Below, piece after piece: positions 8,223 to 17,092 of a stretch of DNA of 64,000 bases (the stretch's first letter is position 1; each line of letters opens with the position of its first letter). The position numbers and the translations under genes were made by a program. The notes beneath the pieces are model-generated. The model was not told the DNA's origin, searched no databases, and worked only from the letters and a program-made list of their open reading frames with translations. This DNA comes from Candidatus Altiarchaeota archaeon. GTDB lineage: Archaea > Altiarchaeota > Altiarchaeia > IMC4 > SCGC-AAA252-I15. The DNA lies in assembly GCA_043804895.1 (NCBI GenBank), contig JAZDIN010000024.1:1888-65887 (forward strand), written 5' to 3'.

Positions 8223-10781
8223 ATGGAGGCTTATTCGGACGATAATGTGGTCGGCCTTTCTGACGAGGATGCTGCCGGCAGGCTCAGGAGGTTCGGCTTC
8301 AATGAGATTCCGTCAGCGAAGTCTCGGAGCATCTTTTCCATAGCCTGGGGGGTTGTCAGGGAGCCGATGTTTCTGCTTCTGATTGTGGCTGGCCTGACTT
8401 ACCTAATGCTCGGGGACCATGAGGAGGCTTTGATGCTGTTGTTCTTCGTCTTCATCGTTATTACCATCACGTTGTATCAGGAGAGGAAGACTGAGAGGGC
8501 TTTGGAGGCGCTCAGGGACATGTCCAGTCCGAGGGCGCTTGTTATTCGCGGGGGGAGGCATTTGAGGATTGGGGGGCGGGAGGTAGTGCCTGGTGATGTG
8601 ATCGTCCTTTCTGAGGGCGATCGTGTGCCTGCAGACGCGGTCGTTTTGGTTTCCGGGAACTTGATGGTTGACGAGTCGCTGTTGAGCGGGGAGTCGGTGC
8701 CTGTTAGAAAATCTGCTTCGGAGGGTTCTTTTGGGATTATGCGTCCTGGGGGGGATGACATCCCGTACGTGTATTCAGGCACGCTCGTAGTCCAAGGCCG
8801 TGGCCTGGCCAGGGTTGAGGTGACCGGAGTTGGGACTGAGATGGGGAGGATAGGGAAGTCTTTGGCGTCATTGGAGTCTGAGGACACGCCGTTGCAGGTT
8901 GAGATGGGGGTTTTGGTGAAGCGTTTCGCTGTTGTGGGCTTGTTTTTCTGCGTTCTGGTTGTCCTTTTGTATTGGCTTTTCATCGGGAGCCTTGTGGACG
9001 GCTTCCTGGCCGGTGTAGCGCTTGCGATGGCGACCTTGCCTGAGGAGATTCCTGTAGTGCTTACAATCTTCTTCGCCATTGGCGCCTGGAGGATGTCAAA
9101 GAGGAGGGTGCTGACCCGGCGTCTGCATTCCATTGAGGCGTTGGGTGCTGCGACTGTGTTGTGCGTTGACAAGACTGGCACCATAACGTTGAACAGGATG
9201 TCTGTCACGAGACTGTATGCAGAAGGGGAATTCTGCGACGTTGGAGATGGTATGATGGGTTCAGTGCATGAGAGGTTCCATGAGGCCATAGAGTATGGGG
9301 TGCTAGCTAGCCAGAAGAATCCGTTCGACCCTATGGAGAAGAGTATTCGTGAGTTGGGCGAGCGACTGCTATCCAACACCGAGCATGTCCACGGAAACTG
9401 GGAGCTGGTCCACGAGTACCCGCTTTCAAAGAATCTTCTTTCGCTGTCTAACGTCTGGAAGTCGCCTGACGGGGAGGATTATATCATAGCAGCCAAAGGC
9501 GCGCCGGAAGCCATAGCTGACCTATGCCACATGGACGCGGAAAGACACGAAGAACTTTCCGGGAAAGTCGCGCTGATGGCAGGCGACGGGCTGAGGATGC
9601 TCGGAGTCGCGAAAGCCCATTTCAGGAGGGGTGAGTTGCCTAGGGGTCAGCATGACTTCAACTTCGAGTTAGTGGGGCTCCTAGGGTTCACCGACCCTGT
9701 GAGGGAGGGTATCGCTGAGGATTTGAGGGAATGCTATGGTGCGGGGATACGTGTCGTCATGATAACCGGCGACTATCCTGGCACGGCACAGAACGTCGCA
9801 AGAAAGATTGGATTGGAGCATCCTGACGAGTTCATCACAGGAGCGGAGCTGGAGGCGATGGGCGAATCCGAACTGAGGGAGCGCGTGAAGACAGTGAACG
9901 TTTTCGCGAGGGTCGTGCCTGAGCAGAAGCTGCTTCTCGTGAAAGCGTTGAAAGCCAACGGCGAGGTTGTGGCTATGACCGGTGACGGGGTGAACGACGC
10001 ACCTGCATTGAAGGCCGCTCACATAGGTATTGCCATGGGAGGCAGGGGCACTGACGTGGCAAGGGAGTCCGCGGCATTAGTTATTTTGGATGATGATTTC
10101 TCCTCGATTGTCTCGGCGGTTAGGATGGGGCGCAGGATTTTCGACAACCTGCGGAAAGCACTCGCATACATACTGGCAGTCCACTTGCCGATTATCGGCA
10201 TGTCAATTCTTCCAGTGGCACTCAAGTGGCCGCTTGCCTTGATGCCTGCGCATATCGCCTTCCTGGAGCTTATCATAGACCCTGCGTGTTCGACAATCTT
10301 CGAGGCTGAACCTGAGGAGTCTGATGTTATGAAACGCAAGCCAAGGGAGCTTGGGAAGCCTCTGTTCAGCAGGCGAGACATAGTGTTGAGCCTGGCTCAG
10401 GGCATCATGGTGTTCCTGATTGTCGCTAACGTTTACGGTGTGACGCTGTACTTGAGCGGCTCCCAGGAGAAGTCTAGGGCGCTTGCCTTCACGACGCTTG
10501 TAGTCGGAAACCTGGCGCTCATCCTCACAAACCGCTCATGGTCTAGGAGTGCCCTTGAGACGGTCATCAAGGTACCGAACAAAGCTTTGTCGATTGTGTT
10601 TGTCGGCGCCGTGGTTGTTTTCACACTTGTGATGTATGTGCCGCTTCTTTCTGGGTTGTTCAGGTTCCAGGCACCCCACATACATGACCTTTTGACCGCG
10701 GGGGCGATTGGGTTCGCGAGCATACTGTGGTTTGAAGGATTGAAGTATGTTAACAAGAGGATGCGGGTTCGGTTGTTCTGA
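8223..10781 (+). CDS. P-type cation-transporting ATPase (P2-type, Ca2+-ATPase-like)
   Basis: DKTGTITLN phosphorylation motif, MITGDYPGTA, GDGVNDAPALKAAHIGIAMG, an N-terminal Cation_ATPase_N-like GLSDEDAAGRLRRFGFNEIP, and TM4 LPEEIPVV. Confidence 0.9.
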   Translation: MEAYSDDNVVGLSDEDAAGRLRRFGFNEIPSAKSRSIFSIAWGVVREPMFLLLIVAGLTYLMLGDHEEALMLLFFVFIVITITLYQERKTERALEALRDMSSPRALVIRGGRHLRIGGREVVPGDVIVLSEGDRVPADAVVLVSGNLMVDESLLSGESVPVRKSASEGSFGIMRPGGDDIPYVYSGTLVVQGRGLARVEVTGVGTEMGRIGKSLASLESEDTPLQVEMGVLVKRFAVVGLFFCVLVVLLYWLFIGSLVDGFLAGVALAMATLPEEIPVVLTIFFAIGAWRMSKRRVLTRRLHSIEALGAATVLCVDKTGTITLNRMSVTRLYAEGEFCDVGDGMMGSVHERFHEAIEYGVLASQKNPFDPMEKSIRELGERLLSNTEHVHGNWELVHEYPLSKNLLSLSNVWKSPDGEDYIIAAKGAPEAIADLCHMDAERHEELSGKVALMAGDGLRMLGVAKAHFRRGELPRGQHDFNFELVGLLGFTDPVREGIAEDLRECYGAGIRVVMITGDYPGTAQNVARKIGLEHPDEFITGAELEAMGESELRERVKTVNVFARVVPEQKLLLVKALKANGEVVAMTGDGVNDAPALKAAHIGIAMGGRGTDVARESAALVILDDDFSSIVSAVRMGRRIFDNLRKALAYILAVHLPIIGMSILPVALKWPLALMPAHIAFLELIIDPACSTIFEAEPEESDVMKRKPRELGKPLFSRRDIVLSLAQGIMVFLIVANVYGVTLYLSGSQEKSRALAFTTLVVGNLALILTNRSWSRSALETVIKVPNKALSIVFVGAVVVFTLVMYVPLLSGLFRFQAPHIHDLLTAGAIGFASILWFEGLKYVNKRMRVRLF

Positions 10782-10782
10782 G

Positions 10783-11673
10783 CTATCTCGTAGTTACTTC
10801 GCACCCGTCTTGTGTGACGATGAGGGTGTGCTCGTACTGGGATACCATCCCCTTCCCTTTGTCGTGCAGCGGCGGGTAGGCTCGCAGTATGCCGGCTTGT
10901 GTGAGTTGGCTTAGCATCAGGTGCAGTTTCATCGGACTTATCTTCTTCCCGTACCATCTGGCTGCGAACGGCATACCCTCCCGCTCAGAGAGTGCGTCAA
11001 GTAGCATCCTAGCATCGCGCATCCTAGTCGGCTTCTCTGATATGACGGAGTATATCTCAGCGTTCCTGGATTCTATCACATGCCCTGCACCGTCGGTTGC
11101 GAACGGCTCGAATGCGAGGATCATGTCCTCCTCCAGTGTCCAGTCGTATGGGACTTTGATGTTGGGGACGCTCAATCCAGCGTGGAGGTCGTGCTGTTTT
11201 AGTTCGTGTCCTGTTAGATTCTCTATCGGCTTGTATCCTGCCTTTGAGAGTATCTTCTGTACTGTCTCTCCGATGGCGCTCACTGAGACGCCTGGCTTCA
11301 CCAATTTGATAGCCTCCTGAAGGGCTTTCTCGTTGGCTTCCATCATCTTCCCGTACTTGCCTGTCAAATCCACCGTGACTGCGGTGTCTGCGATGTATCC
11401 GTCGACGTGGACTCCGATGTCCACTTTCACCAGGTCCTTGTCTGTGAAGACTGTGGTGTCACCGTATTTCGGGGTGTAATGGGCTGCTGCGTCGTTAACT
11501 GAGAGGTTCACCGGGAAGGCGAGCCCGGCCCCCAGGTCAGCGACCTTCTTTTCTATCTTCTCTGCGACGTCAAGGTACTTTACGCCGGGTTTGACGAGCC
11601 CGGACCCGAACTTCAGGGTTTCAGACGCTATCTTGCCTGCTTTCCGGTAGGATTCTAGTGGTGCCTTTTCCAT
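10783..11673 (-). CDS. map: Methionine aminopeptidase, type 2 (archaeal)
   Basis: 296 aa with SYRKAGKIASE, NDAAAHYTP and VDIGVHVDGYIADTAVT, which are typical MetAP2 metal-ligand segments. Confidence 0.9.
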   Translation of the reverse strand: MEKAPLESYRKAGKIASETLKFGSGLVKPGVKYLDVAEKIEKKVADLGAGLAFPVNLSVNDAAAHYTPKYGDTTVFTDKDLVKVDIGVHVDGYIADTAVTVDLTGKYGKMMEANEKALQEAIKLVKPGVSVSAIGETVQKILSKAGYKPIENLTGHELKQHDLHAGLSVPNIKVPYDWTLEEDMILAFEPFATDGAGHVIESRNAEIYSVISEKPTRMRDARMLLDALSEREGMPFAARWYGKKISPMKLHLMLSQLTQAGILRAYPPLHDKGKGMVSQYEHTLIVTQDGCEVTTR

Positions 11674-11716
11674 CGTAAGGTAAGTAATAGCAGAGTCCTG
11701 TTAAAAACCATACTTA

Positions 11717-11724
11717 TTTATATA
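11717..11724 (+). promoter_or_regulatory. TATA box candidate for the thermosome gene (divergent region shared with map)
   Basis: TTTATATA lies about 45 nt upstream of ATG 11768. An AAGGTGA ribosome-binding motif is at 11756..11764. Confidence 0.4.
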
Positions 11725-11767
11725 CAGACAAACCTATAGTAGTTTCCAATTTTTGTAAGGTGATAGT

Positions 11768-13402
11768 ATGGTACAAGGACAACAGATATTTATTCTGCCC
11801 GAAGGGGCATTAAGGACGCAAGGAAGAGACGCCCAACGGTCTAACATCGCGGCAGCGAAGGCGATGAGCAACATGGTGAGGAGCACCATGGGGCCGATGG
11901 GGATGGACAAGATGCTGGTCGACGACCTCGGCGACATCGTCATAACCAACGACGGGGCGACGATAGTCAAGGAGATGAACGTCGAACACCCGGCAGCGAA
12001 GATGGTGGTTGAGGTCGCGAAGACCCAGGACGACGAAGTCGGGGACGGGACGACAACCGCAGTGGTGATGACAGGAGAGCTGTTAGCTAACGCCGAGAAG
12101 CTTCTTGACTTAGGCATACACTCAACTATAATCGCACGCGGATACAGGATGGCTGCGGACAAGGCGCAGGAGACTCTCGAACACATTGGGAAGGTCGTGG
12201 CCGCAACCGACAAGGTAACGCTGAAAAAGATTGCGGCAACCGCCATGACAGGAAAGAGCGTCGGCGAGTCAAGAGAATACCTCGCTGATGTAGCAGTCAA
12301 TGCTGTGACCCAAGTCGCTGAACTCATCGAAGGCAAGATGAAGGTCGACCTCGACAACATACAGGTCGAGAAGAAGCAGGGTGGCGCAGTCACAGAGACT
12401 GAACTGATCAGAGGCATAGTCATAGACAAGGAGGCTGTGCACGCCGGTATGCCGAAAAGAGTCGAGAACGCGAAAATCGCATTAGTCGACGGCGCATTCG
12501 AGATAAAGAAGACCGAAACAGACGCTGAGATACAGATAACAGACCCGATGCAACTGCAGTCATTCGTCGAACAGGAGGAAAGAACCCTCAAGACGATGGT
12601 CGACGCAGTAGTCGCAAGCGGAGCAAACGTCCTACTATGCCAGAAGGGCATAGAAGACCTCCCCCAACACTACCTCTCAAAGGCCGGGATACTGGCGGCA
12701 AGGAGGGTGAAGGAGTCTGACATGAAGAAGCTTGCGAAAGCAACGGGGGCGAGGGTAGTCACGAACATCAAGGAACTCAGCAAAGAAGACCTGGGCTACG
12801 CCAAAGTCGTCGAGGAGAAGAAAATCTCAGGAGACGAGATGCTGTTCATCCGCGACTGCAAGAACCCGAAGGCGGTGAGCATACTAGTGCGCGGCGGGAC
12901 CGAGCACGTCGTTGACGAGGCCGAGCGGAGCATACACGACGCGGTCTGCGTCGTAGCAGCATCAGTGGAGTCGGGGAAGTACGTCCCAGGCGGCGGAGCA
13001 ATCGAAGTCGAACTTGCGAAGGAGCTGAGAAGGTATGCTGAAAGCATTGGCGGCCGGGAGCAGCTGGCAGTCAACGCGTTCGCAGACGCCCTGGAGATTA
13101 TCCCAAGGACCCTCGCAGAAAGCGCAGGCATGGACGCAATCGACACCCTAGTGAGCCTGAAGGCGAAGCATGAGAAGAAGGGCGGCCTAGGGTACGGCGT
13201 CAGCGTGCTTGAAGGTAAGATAAACGACATGCTAGTCAAGAACGTCATAGAGCCTGTGAAACTGAAGACTCAGGTCATCAAAAGCGCAAGCGAGACCGCT
13301 GAGATGATTCTCAGGATAGATGACGTGATAGCGTCGAACAAGCCGAAAGGCGGCGGCGGTATGCCACCGGGCATGCCACCAGGCGGCGACTACGGAATGT
13401 AA
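11768..13402 (+). CDS. ths: Thermosome subunit (group II chaperonin)
   Basis: [21 protein letters not shown] and a C-terminal [17 protein letters not shown] tail. Confidence 0.95.
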   Translation: MVQGQQIFILPEGALRTQGRDAQRSNIAAAKAMSNMVRSTMGPMGMDKMLVDDLGDIVITNDGATIVKEMNVEHPAAKMVVEVAKTQDDEVGDGTTTAVVMTGELLANAEKLLDLGIHSTIIARGYRMAADKAQETLEHIGKVVAATDKVTLKKIAATAMTGKSVGESREYLADVAVNAVTQVAELIEGKMKVDLDNIQVEKKQGGAVTETELIRGIVIDKEAVHAGMPKRVENAKIALVDGAFEIKKTETDAEIQITDPMQLQSFVEQEERTLKTMVDAVVASGANVLLCQKGIEDLPQHYLSKAGILAARRVKESDMKKLAKATGARVVTNIKELSKEDLGYAKVVEEKKISGDEMLFIRDCKNPKAVSILVRGGTEHVVDEAERSIHDAVCVVAASVESGKYVPGGGAIEVELAKELRRYAESIGGREQLAVNAFADALEIIPRTLAESAGMDAIDTLVSLKAKHEKKGGLGYGVSVLEGKINDMLVKNVIEPVKLKTQVIKSASETAEMILRIDDVIASNKPKGGGGMPPGMPPGGDYGM

Positions 13403-13408
13403 ACTAAA

Positions 13409-13444
13409 GTGGGGGCTGAAAACCCCCACATATTCTCTTTTTCT
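13409..13444 (+). terminator. Hairpin plus T-rich tract after the thermosome gene
   Basis: gtggggg-ctgaaaa-cccccac is followed by tattctctttttct. Confidence 0.5.
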
Positions 13445-13457
13445 GGAAGTCAAACCA

Positions 13458-14678
13458 ATGAAACTTGATTTTTTGCGCGGTTTATTGGGTTGGAGTAACG
13501 AGGTCACGTATGGTGGGCCATATTTGATTGAGTTTCGATTTTTTGGTTCTTCTCAGGATTTCGTTAGGGATTTGTGTCGCCATCTTTCCCATGAATTTGA
13601 AATTCGCCAGAACGCAAGAGGAGGTAGGCCTGCTCACATAACCCTTTATGGCGGTTTTGACACGAAGGATGAGGAGGAGATGATTAATAGATTCATGAGA
13701 GTCTGTAAAAGATGCGACTTGGTTGAGTACACAGTAAGTGGAGTTAGCCATATTGGAGATAAAGTCATCTCCTTGGATGTTTCCCCATCGGATGAATTAA
13801 AGCAATTAAGAGAAGAGTTAGCTAGAGAGCTGAATCCAATATGCTCAGCTCGTCAATGGGATAAACCAGGTGGAGAATTCATCTTCCACACAACCCTTGC
13901 TAACCATATTGAACGAAAAATTGATAAGCTCTGGGAGTACCTTAAAAACCTTAAAACACCAAAAATCAGGGAGTACGTGATACGGATAACATTATTAAAA
14001 AATGGCATGATACTACGTGAATATGACCTTATCCAAAGACGACGCCTAAACAGGAGAGAGGCCCTGAACCAAAGAACATATGCTGAAGACATTAGATTCA
14101 TCAAAGAGTTTAAACAAAATGGTGGGAAGAGGACTAGCCATGTTTTAGGATACGACCCTAAATCAAAAGATAAACTCTACCTAATATCAGACTTGCATTT
14201 AGACCATACAAATATAATCAAGTATTGTAAGAGACCGTTCAAAGATGTAAATGAGATGAATGATACGCTTGTTGAAAATTGGAATAAGACGGTAAAACCC
14301 AACGATAATGTGATATTCCTCGGGGACCTATCGTATGGCCGTGAAAGTAGAGGTGCGGAATATTGGTTGCCCAGGCTTAATGGGAAAATTCGGTTTATTG
14401 AGGGGAACCATGAGGACGTGCATGGAGTTAGTGTAAAGACATACCCACCAGCACATAATGTATTTCTCAGGTATGGAGAACAAGAATTCCTCTTAACACA
14501 CGACCCAGCAATAAAACCACTGGGATGGGAAGGGTGGACGATACATGGGCATAAACACAACAACGATTTGAAGAACTTTCCATTTATCAACAAGGATGAA
14601 AAGACAATTAATGTTAGTGTTGAAACGATTGAGTACAAACCAATTAGTATGAATGTGTTGGTTGATAGACTTGCATGA
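13458..14678 (+). CDS. Fusion protein: N-terminal 2H phosphoesterase (LigT-like) plus C-terminal calcineurin-like metallophosphoesterase
   Basis: Two HxT motifs (AHITLYG and FHTTLANH) lie in the first ~190 aa. They are followed by LISDLHLDH, RPF, FLGDLSYG, IEGNHED, LLTHDP and IHGHKH. The gene is clearly AT-richer than its flanks. Confidence 0.65.
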   Translation: MKLDFLRGLLGWSNEVTYGGPYLIEFRFFGSSQDFVRDLCRHLSHEFEIRQNARGGRPAHITLYGGFDTKDEEEMINRFMRVCKRCDLVEYTVSGVSHIGDKVISLDVSPSDELKQLREELARELNPICSARQWDKPGGEFIFHTTLANHIERKIDKLWEYLKNLKTPKIREYVIRITLLKNGMILREYDLIQRRRLNRREALNQRTYAEDIRFIKEFKQNGGKRTSHVLGYDPKSKDKLYLISDLHLDHTNIIKYCKRPFKDVNEMNDTLVENWNKTVKPNDNVIFLGDLSYGRESRGAEYWLPRLNGKIRFIEGNHEDVHGVSVKTYPPAHNVFLRYGEQEFLLTHDPAIKPLGWEGWTIHGHKHNNDLKNFPFINKDEKTINVSVETIEYKPISMNVLVDRLA

Positions 14679-14729
14679 GAGTTGAAGGGTTTAATCTGTT
14701 ATTATGGCTTGTTTCTCATGGGTTAGGCG

Positions 14730-15146
14730 ATGAGGTATTATGTCGACACTAACGTTTGGCGCGATTTCCTCGAGTCCCGGGAGGATAACCTCAGACCCCT
14801 AGGGGAGTATGCTTTCCAATTCTTAAAGCATGCAATGTTGTCGAAGGAGAGGATACTATACTCTGACTTTGTCGTTGAGGAATTGATGGTAGAACACTCT
14901 GCTAAGGATATTGAGAAGTTATGTTTCGAGCCCATCAAAGATGCTGGTCTCTTGGAGAGGGTTGAGCTAACTCGGATCCAGATTGATGAGGCTGTCAGGA
15001 TTGCTCGACAGCGGAATGTTCCGAGAGGCGATGCACTACATGCAGTGCTAGCTAGGGATAACCAGGCGGTGTGTGTCACAAGAGATAAACACTTCGAATT
15101 GCTCAAGGACATTGTGGAATCCAAGATGCCTGAAGAGCTTATTTGA
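14730..15146 (+). CDS. PIN-domain protein (VapC-like ribonuclease toxin)
   Basis: MRYYVDTNVWRDFL at the N-terminus and DALHAVLARDNQAVCVTRDKHF at the C-terminus fit the PIN acidic-residue pattern. Confidence 0.75.
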   Translation: MRYYVDTNVWRDFLESREDNLRPLGEYAFQFLKHAMLSKERILYSDFVVEELMVEHSAKDIEKLCFEPIKDAGLLERVELTRIQIDEAVRIARQRNVPRGDALHAVLARDNQAVCVTRDKHFELLKDIVESKMPEELI

Positions 15147-15396
15147 ACCTGGAGGCGATTTTCTCGAAGGCCACTTCCCTCGCCGACTCGTATCCTCCAG
15201 CACTCGAATGCTTGATTTTAAGCGCTCCCTTGGACTTTTCAAGCTTAAGTATTGCCTGCTTCAGCCGGTATTCCTCGACCTTGTCCCGCAATGCGTTTCT
15301 TATGAACTCAGTCCTGCTGGAGAAGCCGAAGTCACTTGACAGGCCGTCCATCTGACTCAACAGGCCATCTTCCAACTTCAGTGTAATCATTTTCAT
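15139..15396 (-). CDS. Ribbon-helix-helix (CopG-like) DNA-binding protein
   Basis: ITLKLEDGLLSQMDGLSSDFGFSSRTEFIRNALRDKV fits a beta-strand/helix/helix RHH pattern. It is convergent with the PIN gene and overlaps it by 8 nt. Confidence 0.65.
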   Translation of the reverse strand: MKMITLKLEDGLLSQMDGLSSDFGFSSRTEFIRNALRDKVEEYRLKQAILKLEKSKGALKIKHSSAGGYESAREVAFEKIASRFK

Positions 15397-15397
15397 A

Positions 15398-15436
15398 GTA
15401 TATCTGATAGATATACGCCGGATATACTATATAAAC
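15398..15436 (-). promoter_or_regulatory. Operator-like repeats plus TATA box upstream of the RHH gene
   Basis: Palindrome gtatatc-tgata-gatatac (15398..15416), a third gatatac (15421..15427), and tatataaac (minus-strand GTTTATATA) about 35 nt upstream of the ATG. Confidence 0.4.
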
Positions 15437-15475
15437 ACAGAACACCAACCGAGGTAACTTTCATTCCGGCAATTA

Positions 15476-16354
15476 TCATATGCATGGTATCCACGGGTAT
15501 TTGTCTACGTAGCAGGGGTATGCGTTGTAGCAGTTCGCGAACTTTGATACCGCAAACCAGTAGATGTCGGCGCTGCTGTAGCAGTACGCCCCCTTCAATG
15601 CTGTACCAAGGAGGCATGTGTACCGGAATGGGTTGTACCACCCGTAATTTTTGCAGCTTTTTTCTGAGGGGTGGATTTTATTCACGCATATTTGGTCCAG
15701 TTCTTTGCTGAACTCCTCGTCGCAGGATTCTTTCGCATCCAAGGTCATTGCGCATTGGCTGTAGCATCTGTCGTGGCCGTAGCATGCCGGGTTGAAGTCT
15801 ATGCCTGAACCCGGCGGACCCCGGGGGATTACGGCCATCACCCAGGGGCGGTTTTCCGGGCCGCAGTATTTGCTTTTGTTGACGTAGGTCGGGTAGGGGG
15901 TGATATCCAGTTGTTCTATGTCACGCAGAGTTGTTGTCGTTATCGTAGTCCTTGTGGTGGTCGTGGGTCTGATTGTGGTCGACGTGGACGCTGTTGTGGT
16001 TGTAGTCCTTCGGGTGGTGGTGGTCGTCCTGCGGGTGGTAGTTGTCGTCCGGTGAGTGGTGGTCGTCACCCGTTGGATGATGATTATCCTCCTTAAGGTG
16101 GTGGTCGTCGTCCTCTTTTTGGCGGTCGTCGTAGTGTAGAAACCCACGCAAGGGATCATATTGTCATCCTCGTCAAAGCATGTGTTGTAGCAGCCCCAAG
16201 GCAGCTGGTCTCCAGGGATATGTCTCCCATATTTAGGGCTTATACGCGTGCAATCAGTCGAATCGCCCAAAACAGCCTCTGACTGGGGAGCCAGCAGAAC
16301 AAGGATGAAGGCACAGCACAAGATAAGAGGAAACACATAATTCCAGTGTGCCAC
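15476..16354 (-). CDS. Secreted Cys-rich protein with a Thr/Arg-rich linker and a C-terminal phospholipase-A2-like motif
   Basis: GTG start preceded by AAGGAG. Signal peptide MAHWNYVFPLILCCAFILVLLAPQSEA. Linker of about 70 aa. The C-terminal domain has KYCGPEN ... NPACYGHDRCYSQC, resembling the Ca-loop and CxxHDxCY catalytic motif of secreted PLA2. The CDS is confident; the function is tentative. Confidence 0.45.
   Translation of the reverse strand: MAHWNYVFPLILCCAFILVLLAPQSEAVLGDSTDCTRISPKYGRHIPGDQLPWGCYNTCFDEDDNMIPCVGFYTTTTAKKRTTTTTLRRIIIIQRVTTTTHRTTTTTRRTTTTTRRTTTTTASTSTTIRPTTTTRTTITTTTLRDIEQLDITPYPTYVNKSKYCGPENRPWVMAVIPRGPPGSGIDFNPACYGHDRCYSQCAMTLDAKESCDEEFSKELDQICVNKIHPSEKSCKNYGWYNPFRYTCLLGTALKGAYCYSSADIYWFAVSKFANCYNAYPCYVDKYPWIPCI
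15929..16135 (-). repeat. Imperfect in-frame tandem repeats encoding (T)4-5-R-R units
   Basis: TTTTHRTTTTTRRTTTTTRRTTTTT, with a period of about 21 nt on the coding strand. Confidence 0.7.
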
Positions 16355-16469
16355 ATTACTCCTTTTTATTGCTTATTAAAGAACCTCCCAGTATAGGTAG
16401 ATTACGCTTCTGTGCCCTGTTTCACTTTAAGCCTAGTATCTTAGCGACTTCCTGTTCGCTGTAGAATTT

Positions 16470-16718
16470 TTATTGTTGGTCTTTGTGGTAGATTTCCAGG
16501 AATATTATTTTGTTTTCAGGCTGCAGGTATGCGTATGAGAGGCGGTAGGGTTGGACGTACACTTCCCTTGTGCCTTTCCTGGAGTGTCTCATCGGCTTTC
16601 CGACTTCAGGATTTTCCAGTATCTTCTCAACCTGTTTGACTACCCTCTCCTTGAACGCCTGGTCCTTTATCTTCCCGATTTTCTTCAGGAAGTCGTTCTT
16701 ATAGTCGACGGTCAGCAT
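16470..16718 (-). CDS. RelE/ParE-family toxin
   Basis: 82 aa with GKPMRHSRKGTREVYVQPYRLSYAYLQPENKIIFLEIYHKD. It overlaps the upstream antitoxin gene by 7 nt. Confidence 0.7.
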   Translation of the reverse strand: MLTVDYKNDFLKKIGKIKDQAFKERVVKQVEKILENPEVGKPMRHSRKGTREVYVQPYRLSYAYLQPENKIIFLEIYHKDQQ

Positions 16719-16978
16719 GACCTGAGCTCCCTTAGGAAATCGTCTTTTGACTTGGACTCGAATTTCCCGGAGTCGTATTCAAGCCAGGCTTTCTCGACCT
16801 TTTCGGCGAAGACGAGGTCGTCTTTGATGCCGGAGGCTAAGTCCAGCATGTTCTTGAGGATAATCCGCCCGTCATGTTTTACCATTAGGAACTCGTCACC
16901 GGCGTGGATGCCCTTCCTCAGGCCGCTTGGGATGACAATCTGTCCTTTGGTGCTTACTTTCGCTATCGCATACTCCAT
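16712..16978 (-). CDS. AbrB/SpoVT (MazE-like) antitoxin
   Basis: MEYAIAKVSTKGQIVIPSGLRKGIHAGDEF is a looped-hinge-helix signature. ATG 16978 is preceded by AGGTGA. The listed GTG 16987 is probably over-extended. Confidence 0.7.
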   Translation of the reverse strand: MEYAIAKVSTKGQIVIPSGLRKGIHAGDEFLMVKHDGRIILKNMLDLASGIKDDLVFAEKVEKAWLEYDSGKFESKSKDDFLRELRSC

Positions 16979-17092
16979 GTTATTCACCTATGTAAGTTAT
17001 AGCTTACTTGCGTATAAATACGCGCTTACTCCGCCCCTCACAGGGGTACTACTACCGTTTAATGTACTGTTTTTTAAGGTCGTATCGGCCGG

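Noticed and set aside
8477-9379. 300-aa minus-strand ORF inside the P-type ATPase gene.
   Set aside because: It is antisense to a gene with unambiguous DKTGT/GDGVNDAP motifs and has a Ser/Thr/Pro-rich shadow-frame composition.
11734-12651. 305-aa minus-strand ORF opposite the thermosome gene.
   Set aside because: It is a shadow ORF of a highly conserved gene, with no motifs.
15929-16135. A tandem ~21-nt repeat that could be mistaken for a CRISPR or minisatellite. A similar ACN-rich stretch lies at 25600..25700.
   Set aside because: The repeats are in frame and encode Thr/Arg linkers inside long ORFs. There are no spacer-repeat alternation and no cas genes. No CRISPR array was seen anywhere in the window.
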